This document shows, piece after piece, positions 24,605 to 36,899 of a stretch of DNA of 64,000 nucleotides. The DNA is from Fistulifera solaris. Lineage: Eukaryota. The DNA lies in contig AP026152.1 in the NCBI GenBank assembly GCA_030295235.1, positions 558,001 to 622,000 of the forward strand, written 5' to 3'. Position numbers and translations under genes: made by a program. Within the stretch, counting starts at the first letter, position 1. Every line of letters starts with the position of its first letter. Below the pieces are notes generated by a model. That model was not told the DNA's origin and did no database searches. It was given only the letters and a program-made list of their open reading frames with translations.

Positions 24605-25340
24605 GCAAGGAATTCTGGAATGAATATTTGGTTCAAACAGAGATTCTGTATACTAGTTGTTCCAGAATTTTTTTTTTAAAAAAAAATTAATTTGCTTTGG
24701 GTCAAACGGGGGGATTCTGTGGCCAATCCAGAATTTCTGGAATTTGATTTTTGGGTCAAACGGAGATCCTGAAGTCGTTCCAGAATTTCTGGAATTTGAT
24801 TTTTGGGTCAAACAGAGATTTTGTAGTCGTTCCAGATATTCTGGAATCGGTGATTTGGGTCAAACGGAGATCCTGAAGTCGTTCCAGAATTTCTGGAATT
24901 TGTTTTTGGGTCGAACAGAGATTCTGTAGTTGTTCCAGGAATTCTGGAATCTGTGTTATGGGTCGAACAGAGATTCTGTGGCCATTCCAGAATTTCTGGA
25001 ATTTGTTTTTGGGTCAAAAGGAGATTCTGTAGTCGTTCCAGATTTTCTGGAATCAGTGTTATGGGTCAAACGGAGATCTGTAGTCGTTCCAGATTTCCTG
25101 GAATTGGTTTTATGGGTCAAACGGAGATTCTGTAGTCGTTTCAGATATTCTAGAATCGATATTTCGGGTCAAACGGAGATCTGTAGTCGTTCCAGATTTT
25201 CTGGAATCGGTGTTTTGGGTCAAACAGGGATTCTGTGGACATTACAGAATTTCTGGAATCGGTGCTTTGCGTCAAACGGGCATTCGGTTGTCGTTCCAGG
25301 TTTTCTGGAATCGGCGTTTTGGGTCGAACGGAGATTCTGT
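24605..25340. repeat. Palindromic minisatellite array, ~52 bp unit, about 13-14 copies
   Basis: Unit ttccagaatttctggaat(tt/cg)g...ttttgggtcaaac(a/g)gagattctgtagtcg. Confidence 0.95.
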
Positions 25341-25504
25341 TTACATTTAATTTGGCAAGATTTTGGTCCACTAAGTCTATAGTATCTATGAACATTATTC
25401 AACGATTGACAGCTTTTGTCTAGAAAGTTCGTAATCGGAAGCATGAGTCATATGTCAAAGCCATCTTTGGTTTTCAGAAAAAGCCAATTCATCGAGGGAT
25501 AATA

Positions 25505-25583
25505 ATTGGTCCGTAATCGTCATTCACCAGGGATGGATCTGATTTACTTTGAATTGTGCCGGTAAGACTTCACCGTCGACAAT
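25505..25583 (-). promoter_or_regulatory. Candidate SECIS element in the 3' UTR of the selenoprotein gene
   Basis: Minus strand reads AUUGUC-gacg-GUGAA-GUCUUACCGG-(AA-containing loop)-CUGGUGAAUGAC-GAU-uacg-GACCAAU. This gives two helices around an RUGA/GA core; the geometry is slightly non-canonical. Confidence 0.45.
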
Positions 25584-25603
25584 GTTGATGCCCAGCTCTT
25601 CGT

Positions 25604-26149
25604 CTAACAGTATTCTTCCTTAAAATCCTTTAAGTTAGCCTGAATGGCCTGGATGGACTTGGTCCTTTGTGCCGCATATTTACGAAACAAATCACGCTGG
25701 GGACCACTCCAAATATCAATCGTTTCCTTGCCGTCGAGTACCGCGGATACGGTGACACGCGTCGGATAATTATCCGTCTGATTTTGTTTGATTTTGCTAC
25801 CAGGGAAAATCTCTTTCACAGCTTGCGCTGCTGTGTCGTACTCCTGGTAGCCGCCGTCTCAGTTGCGGCACTTTGGGTTTAATAGCGGTGAATCAAAACA
25901 TGCAAGTAAGAAAAAGGTCTTTTTGGTCGTCAAATCGAACAGCATTGACTCCTTCCTTGTGATCCAAAGAAAATTAACATTCTACAAGTGAAATTCACAC
26001 GGCACAGCTCTTAGAATGCATACATCAACGTGTGAAGCGGCTCGAGAAAGGACGTTCACATTATTTTTTCTCCGAACCCCGCAAGTCGAATCGTGTTCGC
26101 ATCGAACAAAACTTACATAAGTAACAACGAAACTCAGATCTTTGCTCAT
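25604..26149 (-). CDS. Small selenoprotein with CxxU motif (Rdx / SelW-SelT-SelH-like), 99 aa, two exons
   Basis: Exon 1 26149-26117 (MSKDLSFVVTY); intron 26116-25871 (GTAAGT...AAAG); exon 2 25870-25604 begins TGC CGC AAC TGA GAC (C-R-N-U-D), in frame with the 71 aa ORF KEIFPG...KEEYC. Confidence 0.85.
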
Positions 26150-26734
26150 GATCGCTCGAGGCAATGTAGAAAAGGACAGCCGATGAATGAACAATGTAGA
26201 GACTTTGGAAGGAAACATGCACAGACAACAATGCGCAGGCACGTTTTTGTTTCCGGAAGAACGGCAATGAGAAAATAACGCCCAAGCACGTTTTGCAGTG
26301 CGGCGGCGCAGGGCGGCGTTTTATTCGGATTGCGAACACGCTGCGGTTGTCCAATAAAAGTTCACGTCATTCCGGTACCCGATTACGGCCAACGGTTGGA
26401 TCAGCGAAGTGTTCGTGTTCGGTTGACGTACAGACAGATGACTACTTTTCAGTTGAGTGTCATTCGCTGGTTTTAGTCGTGAAATTTGGTCGGAGAAACA
26501 GGAACGGCAAAATGTCCAATGATCGAGTGATGACCGTTTCGTCCAGCTAGGGCGACGGTTTTGCCTTAGCTAGGCATGCAAAAGTAGCTAGATAGTCAAG
26601 CGGAAACAGCTTTTCATTATGATACCAGTAGTTGTGAAACCATGCATGGGAAAGCAACGAAATCTAGTTCGTTAGTTGGGTCGTTTATGAACATACTATC
26701 ATGATGCTGTCTCATTTGAGCTTATGAGCGCATT

Positions 26735-27673
26735 CTAAAAGAATGATGAATAGAGGATTGACTTTGGCGAGTCCTCCAGAGACTTTCGGCGGCGGCGGCG
26801 GCGTCTCTTCCGGATCGAGCGTGATGATTCTTTACGATCGCAAGGCGCGTGACGGTCGATCATTTGGAGTGTGACAAAGGGATAGAGAAAGCTTTGCACG
26901 TCGATCACGTGATCCGAGTTGCAGTCAATTTTTAATACCAGCGAAAGGAAATATCCAACGTATCCCAGTTTTTTGGCACTGAGTCGAAGGTTGTCGAGCG
27001 AATTCATAATGGCGCAGTAGGCCACAATCGACGGGGGAACGGTAACGAAGTGGTAATTGCTACACGCAAACTCGGTCTGTACCCGGGAAAGTTCGTGTAC
27101 ATCGTGCAATGTTTCCGCGTCGATCACGTCCTCTGGGACTGCCTCGAGAAGCAACCGCACGAATCCCATGGTCGTCGGCGGATTGACATGCCATTTCAGC
27201 GCATGCAGTAATTTTAATTCCATTTCTTCAATATCTTCTGGTTTCATCATTTCGGGCCCGAAACCGGCAAATACTGATGTATCGAGAGCAGTCTCTTCGT
27301 GAATTTTGATTGCTGTGTACAAGAAGGTCATGAAGAGTAATTGAAAGTCCATGCGATTCCGCCGGGGGCGGGTTCCTGCAGGTGTTGCAAGATACCGATC
27401 GACATAGGACGCCGCTATTTCGACAGTTTCTCGACTATAACCGCAGAAATCGACGACATTGTTGCACCATACGACCATTTTCTCGCGGCAATCGGAATTC
27501 ACGTCGCACGTCGCGTGTTGTGGAGTGTGTGGTGATTGGGGTGGCTCGCTATTTTCCAATGCCAGCCAATCGCACCTCGCGTATACACCCGTCTCTTGAG
27601 CCCGCATAGAAGCTATTACTTCCAGGCGTTGCTCCATGGTTGGGTTGTTCATGCAATGGTTATTGTCGACCAT
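26735..27673 (-). CDS. Cyclin, diatom-specific cyclin (dsCYC)-type
   Basis: CREKMVVWC...RETVEIAASYVDRYL...FQLLFMTFLYTAIKIHE...IEEMELKLLHALKWHVNPPT cyclin box. Confidence 0.9.
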   Translation of the reverse strand: MVDNNHCMNNPTMEQRLEVIASMRAQETGVYARCDWLALENSEPPQSPHTPQHATCDVNSDCREKMVVWCNNVVDFCGYSRETVEIAASYVDRYLATPAGTRPRRNRMDFQLLFMTFLYTAIKIHEETALDTSVFAGFGPEMMKPEDIEEMELKLLHALKWHVNPPTTMGFVRLLLEAVPEDVIDAETLHDVHELSRVQTEFACSNYHFVTVPPSIVAYCAIMNSLDNLRLSAKKLGYVGYFLSLVLKIDCNSDHVIDVQSFLYPFVTLQMIDRHAPCDRKESSRSIRKRRRRRRRKSLEDSPKSILYSSFF

Positions 27674-29042
27674 GGTTTCCCGTCGCGTCAAATGAAGAAT
27701 GTTTCATTACGTCTTGGTGGAGCACACTTCCGTGATTTCTTGGGGGCTTTTTACCCTTTGGCGCGTTCGAAGATGCGAAATGAGTAGTATCTTGTGAAAA
27801 GTAGGGCTCCGTCTCGCTTCAGCCATAAGTAAATCAGCGCATCGAACTCAGATTTAGTAAGATCTTAAGACTGAACAGGTCATTATAGTTTGCAATATCC
27901 CTTACGATGTAGAACGGAACGCAAGGGCTTATTAAATCCTGTAAATGTTAGGTCCTGCAAGCCTACACGGCAAAGGAGCGTCCGACAATCGGGATTGGAT
28001 TACAACTGTGTCCTCCGCTTGGTCCACGACAGAAATGTCATAGTGACGCCGACTCCATCAGTCACGTGTCATGTCTCATTCACTTAAGCCTTGTTGAGCG
28101 CCACTCCCTGCTCTCACAAAAATTTTGCATTATTTCGAAACCGGCTTTGGCAGGATGCGATGCGATGACACAAATCCCTGCATAAGAAGTTCTTTTGATG
28201 AGGCTTAATGTTTTAAATCGATTGAGTTTCAGGGATGAGGGCGGAATGGCCACAATAAATTCGATGAATCATCGATCGCATGTCATAACCTTGCTGCTGT
28301 AGTTCTGCACACGATATCATAATAAATGCGTTCGCCTCACATTATCGACTAATGTCGAACTGAGGTCAGCGACACTCGCAAAAGAGATTGATTGAGCTTG
28401 GAGAGTTGGCGGAGTTCTTGTAGATTCAGCCTGAACTCTCGCTCACACGCTGCAAAGCTGGTTGACACCTTGTTATTTTCGCGTTGGTTTGGCAAGGGAT
28501 CGACCAGCACACTGAAAATTTCTGGGTTAAAACCCATTCAAGCTATGAGGTGTCCCCACAATAAACTTTTTTGTCGAGTCAAATTGACGTCGGTTGAAAT
28601 GTCGATCAGTCATATTAGCGTTCGCCGTAGCACAGCTTCTTCTCAGCTTTCGGTCAAAAAAAGTCGTTCATTTAATCACAATCCAGCGTTGGCGAGGAAA
28701 GAATGATCTTAATGAGATCATGCCTCCAGTCTGACTGAAAGTTCGTGGGGAGGGCAAAAACTGAGTAAAAGCGCTACCGCTTTATTTGAAGAGTACATGT
28801 GAAAAATCGACAAAGACATGTATCATACAATGGTTTCTCAATCGCAAGGATGAAGGTGGATCTGCGAAAAATCACTCAGCTGAATAGCAGCAAGAAAAGA
28901 TGGTCCGAAAGTGCTAAGACGATGACCAAACTCGCACAGAAACACACAAAAGATAGATCTCGAAACGTTAGAATGCTGCAGTTCATTGCTTGCGTTTCCT
29001 TTCCGATTCGTCTCTAAAAAATGGCTTTCTTTCACTCATTGT

Positions 29043-29480
29043 CTAAACTTCATCATCCTCATCCCCGTCGTCTTCATCATCGTCGTCATCGTCGTCGTAA
29101 TTTTCTAAATCGCAGACAGAGTCTTCTTCTTCGTCTGATTCTTCTTGTTCGCTTTCGTCTGTGTCTTCGAACCCAAACACGTTACGGTCGCCATCAATCG
29201 ATTCGTCGTCGTCGTCTTCCGAATCGTCGTCATCGAAATCGTCACAATCGTAGTCGTCTTCATCTAAAAGGCCTTCATATAAATCTTCTTCGTCTTCATC
29301 CGTGTCGTCCTCGTCCATGTCATCGTCGTCACTTTCATCAGAGACATCGTCCTCCTCAAAGAGACGACAGGTTTCTACAATACGCTCCTGGACACACTGC
29401 TTTTGCGTTGACGATTCATTTGTTCGCAAGGCAGTCCAAGAGCGGTACACTTCCGCGATAGAATCGAGGAGTGAGGACAT
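29043..29480 (-). pseudogene. Array copy A: C-terminal remnant (coil + Asp/Glu tail) of the acidic-tail family
   Basis: Begins abruptly at SLLDSIAEVYRSW...QKQCVQERIVETCRLFEEDDVSDES, homologous to the last third of copies B-F. Confidence 0.7.
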
Positions 29481-29754
29481 TTATCGGAGATTTACAAGCA
29501 AGATTAAAAAAACATTTTTAAATTTACTTCTAGACTAATAGTTTGACATCGTCTTTACGAAAGCGCTTTATTCCTTTGTTTAGAAGCGCTGTCTATAATT
29601 CATATTTCTTTTAAAAGACTTAGGCAGGATGAGTCACCACGTTGTCCATTCGAGGCTACAATCACACGATCTTTATTTGACTCAGTCACGCCCAGCTTTG
29701 TTAAAGCTGTACTAATACCTCACACTTAAGATCATTGTTTGCTCAATTAGCATC

Positions 29755-31352
29755 CTAGTCATCGTCAAACGAGCTTCCTTCAACCGAGTCGTCATCGTCT
29801 TCCTCGGATTCATCGTAATCTTCCCCGTATCTGATAACGAAAACACAGCCATCATCTGTGTCCTCGCCGGAGCTTTCATCCTCTGAGTCGAAATCGTCAT
29901 CGCTTCTATCGGAATCGTCGTCGTCTGAGTCATAGTCGTCATCGTCGCTTTCTTCAGAGTCATCGTCATCGGAGTCTTCGTCCGTGAAATCGTCTCCATA
30001 GAACAACATAAATACCGAACCGTCGTCCGAGCTGTCTTCATCAAAGTCTTCTTCGCTCTCATCAGAGACATCGTCGCCCTCCAGGCTAAGACAAACTTGT
30101 GTAATGTTTTCTTGAATAAGTTGCTTCTGTTTGGATAAAGAATCCCTTCGTAGTTCGGCCCAGGAACGGTATACTTCTGAAAGAGAACCGAGGAAAGACG
30201 ATGTGACATGGGAATTATCGTTCGTATTTGTCGGATTGCAGTGATAGGTTGACAAGACTGCCGCTTTTTCCAGGTTTTTCGATACATGGTCTAAGATCGA
30301 CATGTCTCTATCAATTTCTAACTCATTCATAACAAGTGGATATACCTGCTCGATGAATGGAACATTCAAAAGCTGGGGCAACCAGCAGTACGGCTTGGCT
30401 TGAACACATTGGGGGCAAACTTTGAGTATGAGAATGATCATTTCTTGCACCGGAGGGCGGTTGCAAGATCGAGCTAGCCATTGAATCGGCGTGGATCCAC
30501 CATATCCTTCTTTGAGGAGCAGATTAGGATGTTCGGATATGAGGAAATGAAGTATTTTAGTCATGTTTGGCGTGCATTCTTCTTTGTATTCATTTCTCGA
30601 GGAAAGTGAAGCGCAAAGATCATGCAAAACGGAATGTGTCCCCGAGCAAACTGCTTCTGGGTATTCTCGTGCCATCCAAATGAAAAAGTCCGCGTCAGGC
30701 ACCCTACGTCCTCTTAAAATTGCAGTTAGAGGGTGGGCGCCGCGAAGCTTTTCTCTTAGCCCTTGCGGGTAAACTTTGTAGAAGTTTTGAGCCGTTTCCA
30801 AATCACAGTAGCCATTCACGTATTCGCTCAACATTTCAAAATGCGGAGGAGCTTCTTGACATGCTTTATGCTGAAACACCCACGGATAGTGCTGAGCAAT
30901 CCATGGTAGCATTTTGCAGCCCCATTCTGTATCTACGAGCTCATGAATGATCAGAAAGACGTCGTCGTCGCTATTGTCGTCGTCTTCAACTTCGTCTTCA
31001 TCGTCATCGTCGTCATCGTCTTCCCCTTTCCACAGCAAACTGTGTGGATTCATTTTTATAAGAAACTGAATGGTCTCGTAGCTCACAGAACCGACATTGT
31101 CAATAAGAAGTTCGAGGAGCAGCAAATGGCCCGTCATGTCATCTTGAAAAGAGTGCGAGCGAATATGGGATGAGCCTTGACTTCTTTTCGTATCTTTCGA
31201 TGCAAAGCTGCGGCATCATCTTTTGGCGATTCGTGGTATATCTCGTCCCATTCGTAAACCTCCTTGCACAAGACACGGAACTTTGTTCGCAGCGTCGGTT
31301 TTAATTCCGATTCGAAGATCGGCTGTTTGAAATCGGGTACTTCGTAGGACAT
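29755..31352 (-). CDS. Array copy B: degenerate ankyrin-like protein with long Asp/Glu-rich tail; frameshift ~31137
   Basis: Starts MSYEVPDF; shares ETIQFLI.MNPH, YPWVFQH, YPQGLRE, PDADFFIWMA, CTPNM, CNRP.VQEM and SEVYRSWA with its paralogues. Confidence 0.8.
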
Positions 31353-32001
31353 GATGATTATCTGTTTTGATTGATATGAAGTGAGCCGTAGTTTGCTCAA
31401 GAAGGAATAGTTGAAGATTTGAAATGAATGTCATTGCAAGAAAAGCGACGAGATCGTCGTGGCAACAAAAGAAAAAGCGCGCGCCCGCGCCACAAAACGC
31501 ACTCGTTCGTCCTTGCGCGCGCCAGTCTGTCCGGATGTACGGGCCCAATGTTGCTAAGGTTAGGATGCTCGGACATCGTACTGCCATTCGCAATCAAACG
31601 TAATAGCTACGATGTAGCAGTGCCGAAAGAAGCTAGAAAAGCATAAGTAGCAATAGATGAAAGCAAGCAGCAATAAGAAACTAAAGTCAGAACGATACCA
31701 GGTAATCCGCATTCTTAGACCATTCTTTATTTCGACAGAAAGCTAGAAGGGTGGGATAGGTCTTGTATCAGAAGAAACTGTGTTTATGATTCTGTTTTAA
31801 AAGGATTCAGCCTTTTGTACCAATTCAATCACGTCCGCTTTGCACCTGTCTTGTCTTCCACATCGTCCCTTGAAACATCTTCAACCCTTTCAAAGAAATG
31901 CCGTTTCCTTCAGGACGCGATCAAAAGCTTCCTGCCGCCTCAACTTCGATTTGTCAACAAATTTACCCTTGACACCCCAAAAATCAAGCGCTGCCCTCCA
32001 T

Positions 32002-33320
32002 TCAGTCATCGTCTTCGTCGTCGAAAAGGTGGCTATCTTCGCTGTCTTCACTTTCGGTCTCTGCCTCCCAGTCGACTACATCTGCGCTTGCCTCAGAGAC
32101 GTCATCAGTTTCAAAACGACGACACATCTCCATTATTTGTTCTTGTAGACGCTTCCTTTGCTCATTGAGCTTTTTCACCTGCAAGTCCGCCCAGGAACAA
32201 AAGACCTCCGACACCGATTCAAGTAAAGAAACGTTTGCAACCGAACCGTTCCCTGTACTCTCGGAGGCAAAATGATTAGCCGGCGACACAATCACTTTTC
32301 TCACATTCGCTGATAAGTCGCCTAGTAGCGAGATTTCTTGGTCGATTTCCAACTCTTCAAGAACGAGGGGTTTGACCTCTAGGATAAACGCGAACGAAGA
32401 AAGATTAGTGCCATTCACCTGTTGCAGACATTCCGGGTACGCTTTCAACAGCAGAATAACCATTTCCTGAACCAAGGGTCGATGACATTGAGGCGCTAGC
32501 ATGTGGATTGGCAAATATCCGAATCCAGTGACAAGCTGGCGGACGGTATCCGGATGTTCCGAAATGAGGAAACGGCATATTCGCGCCATATTGGGTGTGC
32601 ACTTCGTTGAGGCCAGCAAGAAGCAAACAAACTGCAACACTGTAGGTACCTGTGTCAGTTCGAAATAAACTGCAGCTGGGTACTGTCTCGCCATCCAGAT
32701 GAAGAAATCGGCATCGGGCTCTTCCGTCCCTCTTAAACTTGCCGAGAGAGGATAGCCCACGGTTGATGATTCGTTTCTTTCCCGGAGTCCTTTTGGGTAT
32801 AACTCATAAAATCTTCGAACCGTTTCCAGTTCACATCGACCGGTTACGTAGGAACTCATCAATTCTAAATGAGGCGGAAATTGTTGACATGCTTCATGCT
32901 GGAAGACCCAAGGATAACGTTCCACAATCCAAAGAAGCCAATCGGAAGCCCAACCACTCCCCGCAAGAAAATGAAGAGGAGTAGCAACATCGTCAGATTG
33001 TCGGTGTACTAGTGCATGCGGATTCGCCTCGATGAGGAAGCGGATCGTCTCTTGACCCGCACTGCCGACTTTCTGACACACAATGTCTAACAACGTAAAG
33101 CCATTCAAAGTGACTTGGGCCAAGAGGGGATGAGCCTTGACTTCTTTTGCAAGCTTTGATGTAAATCTGCGATAGCCTTAGCGCGTATCGATTCCAGGTC
33201 CTCGTGTTTTTGATCCAGTTCGTACAGCTTAAACACCAACTCGACGAACGTTTCGTTCAGATCGGAGGACAACTCGGAATGGGGGATCGGCCGCGACGAC
33301 TCTGGTATTTCGTACGACAT
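32002..33320 (-). CDS. Array copy C, short acidic tail; frameshift ~33120
   Basis: Starts MSYEIPES; same conserved blocks as copies B, D and F. Confidence 0.8.
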
Positions 33321-33666
33321 GCTGACTTAAACCTCAAAGGTATAGTGAGTGATCAAAAGCTTATCATTATCACTCAATGCTGTTATTTTGTTTTTTGCAA
33401 CGCGGCTATTATTATTTTTGCGTATAAAGCTCCAAGTCGCCGTGACTGATGAATGAGCCGCCAGTCGTGGCAAAATTAAGCTACGCTAGATCGAACTCCG
33501 AAATTAGTAATAGTACCATGGGAGATGCAATATAAGCTCAAAACTATAGCTTCCAAACATCGATTGAACACGCGTTTCTAGTCAATCCTCGTCACGAATA
33601 TAGACGGCTGACGACGCATCACAATAACAGTATTATTACGACAACCTCGCTGTTTATTACTTGGTT

Positions 33667-35368
33667 TCATCGCTTGCGCTTCTTTCCGACGATCGTTTCG
33701 GACACGACATCATCACCAATCCGGTCTTCCTTGTCATTATCATTTTTGTCGGAAGCTCCGTTCTTTGCCTCCCCTAGCTAGGGTTGCGTGATCATCATTC
33801 ACATCAGTTTCTTCGATCGCACCGGCATTATCCTCGATCCTCGCTTTAATTACCAAACCATCATCCGATTCATGAGCCTCATTCCTCGCTATACTAAGCG
33901 CATCATCATCTGAGTCGTCGTCTGAGCTTTCTTCCGATGAGTCATCTTCATCCGAACTATCTTCAGATTCGTCGGAATCGTCGTAATCCCTTCTAAGAAA
34001 ACCCACTGAGTCGTCGTAGTCATCTGGATCGCTGTCATCGGAGCTTTCTCCTTCCGATGTTTCATCATCCGACAAGTCGTCATCTTCTGAAGAGGAATCG
34101 CTTTCGTCGGAACTTTCTTCATCGGAGGCGTCATCGTCACGGAAAAAGATACACGTCTCTTCAATATGTTCCTTGAGACATTGCTTCTGCGTTTTTAAGA
34201 GTTTTATCCGGAGACGGGCCCAGGATCGGTAGACTTCGTTTAATGAATTCAGAACGGACAAGGTTAAATCGGCACCTTCCGGTGTACTTGTGGAATGATA
34301 TGCCGATAAAATTGTCGCGTTTTTCATGTTTCGCAATACTTGGGCCAGCAATGACAGCTCACGATCGATTTCCACGTCTTGAAAAACCAGTGGTTGAATC
34401 TTTTGAATGAATGGAAATCCCGAAAGCTCAGGGCACCACGGTCTACCTTCGACTTGCATACATTGAGGGTATGCTTTCAACAAAAGAATGGCCATTTCCT
34501 GCACCAGGGGACGGTTACACGATTTCATCAACAAAGATATTGGCATCATATAGCCATCGATTTCAATTGCTAGATCCGGATGCTCCGAAATGAGAAAGCG
34601 ACAGATTCTGGCCATATTAGGCGTACATTTGTTCCTGTCCTCACTCTTTGATGCAAGTGAACGGCAAACCTCATGCAACACACTACGCGCCCGACTTTGG
34701 TCATAATACGCAGCTTTCGGATATTGCTTTGCCATCCAGATGAAAAAGTCCGCATCCGGTTCTCTCCATCCATGCAAACTAGCCGACAGGGGGTATCCCT
34801 TTGACGAAAATTTGTATCTTTCTCTAAGTCCTTGTGGGTATATCTCATAAAAATTCCGGACTGGTTCAAGATCCCATTGAGATGAAACATAGCATGCCAT
34901 CATTAAGAGATGGGGAGGGTTATGTTGACACTGTGAATGCCGAAAGATCCAAGGATAGCGTTGTGCAATCCACGGCATCAATTTGCAGCCCCATCCACTC
35001 GAAGCCAGACAATAAATCGGCGCCTGCAAACCGCTAGACCAAAGTAGTGCATGCGGGTTCGACTCGATAATCAATTGAATTGAATCGTAGCAAACGTCAC
35101 CGACATTTCTGCAGAAAACTTCCAAAAGGGAGTATTTTTGCATGTTCTTGAAAATCGTTTGAGCGAGGACAGGAAACTCCGCAAGTGTTTCTTTTACGCT
35201 TTGATGCAAAGACGCAGCAGCTTCCTTTAATAGATCATCATCATCGTTCTCATGTATTTCATACAACTCGTAGGCATCAAAAAACAAGACACGAAACTTC
35301 TGTTTCAAGTCCGAGGGAAGTTGCAAATCGAGAATGGGCTCCGGCGACTCGGGAATTTCGTACGACAT
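33667..35368 (-). CDS. Array copy D; frameshift ~33775, corrected end ...VVSETIVGKKRKR*
   Basis: Starts MSYEIPES; same blocks. An alternative frame at 33775-33667 reads GEAKNGASDKNDNDKEDRIGDDVVSETIVGKKRKR*, matching copy F's end. Confidence 0.8.
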
Positions 35369-35639
35369 TATTCGTGGCTTCTGTTCGCACCGGAATGGGG
35401 TATTTTCAATTAAAGGTGTTAGAAAGCAAATGAAAACAAGAAGCAAAGTGGTGTCTGGATAAAGAATAGTCTCTAGGAGGATATACCAGGTAATGCCAAA
35501 GATTGCATCGCAATAACAGTCGTTTTTCCTCCCGCGTACCTGGTTATCCTGGCGAAGGGCGAATAAGGACGTTAACGTTATGCCTCCAGTACAAGATTAT
35601 ACCTAGCGTCTACGACGAGGCAGAATTTTAACGCCGTTG

Positions 35640-35930
35640 CTAAAATCAGTGTTTGCGATCAAACAGAAATTATGCGGCAGTTCCAGCAATTCTGGAAGAA
35701 TCGGTGTTTGCGATCAAACAGAAATTCTGCGGCCGTTCCAGAAATTCTGGAAGACATCGGTGTCTCCGATCAAACCGAAAACCGAAATACTGCGGCAGTT
35801 CCAGTAAGTCTGGAATCGGTGTCTGTACTTTGTAATCAAACAGAAATTCTGCGGCAGTTCCAGAAATTCTGGAATCGGTACCTGCGATCAAACAGAAATT
35901 CTGCGGCAGTTCCAGATATTCTGGAACGAT
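35640..35930. repeat. Palindromic minisatellite array, ~52-55 bp unit, about 5 copies; related to 24605-25340
   Basis: Unit gcgatcaaacagaaattctgcggcagttccagaaattctggaatcggtg. Confidence 0.9.
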
Positions 35931-36899
35931 CAAAAATCAAGGATTGAGATACCTATCTACAGATAATAATGTAGTAGGTCTAATGATTGAAGGCATTGGC
36001 TAATAATAAAAACTTTAGACACTCTAAGTCGACGAACGCATATCTCAGAACACAACCGGATGGGAAAGCCCTATCGCTCGCGATATTTTGAGTGGGAAGA
36101 TATGTCATCTCTAGAAAGACAAGGAAGTCTTCACCATGGCTTTAAATTCGCAGCTCGTTTTGGTCTATATTCATTCCCAAATCCAGGCACCTTCTTCCAA
36201 TGGCGTTGCCACTCATTCATGCTTAGTCCTGTTTATGTTCGACTACTATGATAACGTTGACCGTGGAGGAAATCGTCTCGTTCATTCCGTCTTGTACCCT
36301 AAATTTATTCAACATCCATTCCGGCAACAAGATCGCCATGAACAGCTTCATTTCTTAACGATGGTCATTTACTCCTCACCTTCCAACGGAGTAGGAGTCG
36401 ATTTAAGGAGACAGCAACTATTCGCATTGCTCATAAGGAACACGCTGCGTCGGTCCGGGAATGCCACAAGTTTTTCGTTTACCCTTTGATACAAGGTCGA
36501 GGCACCTTCTTAAAACTTTTCCTCGGTTAATTTCACGTCGTACCCGCCGAAACGCAAAACTTGCGTGCCATGGTGATGGGAACTTAGCACAACGAAAGCA
36601 GAGTAGAGCGACGCTGATGGAATTTCGTTTCACATGTTGGAATCCGGTAATTTACTTGACGCATCGCTGCTTTTGTGAAGAGTACTTCGCTTGCGTCCGA
36701 AATTCATTTCCGACTCATTGCTGGAAATGCCGTCATTCTCTCCTCACCCAAACATTGGCTAGCATGACACGCTCTTCGTTCAAGCATTTTCATTCTTACC
36801 AATACTATTGGCATGCACGCTCTTCGTTCAAGCATCTTCATTGAAACTTTCGCGTGGCTAAGTGCATAAGTCAGATCAAATCTGAGTCGTTCATCCAAG

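Noticed and set aside
28349..29017. Short ORFs between the cyclin and the array (also 17629-17982 and 36060-36844)
   Set aside because: No recognisable motifs or consistent gene structure; cannot be supported without searches.
29021..29461. Arg/His-rich plus-strand ORF (and similar antisense ORFs at 14408-15133 and 37835-38317)
   Set aside because: Antisense shadows of Asp/Glu- or Ser/Pro-rich coding sequence.
36761..36842. ~33 bp direct repeat (gcatg(a)cacgctcttcgttcaagcat.ttcatt)
   Set aside because: Local duplication with no element between the copies; no further support.
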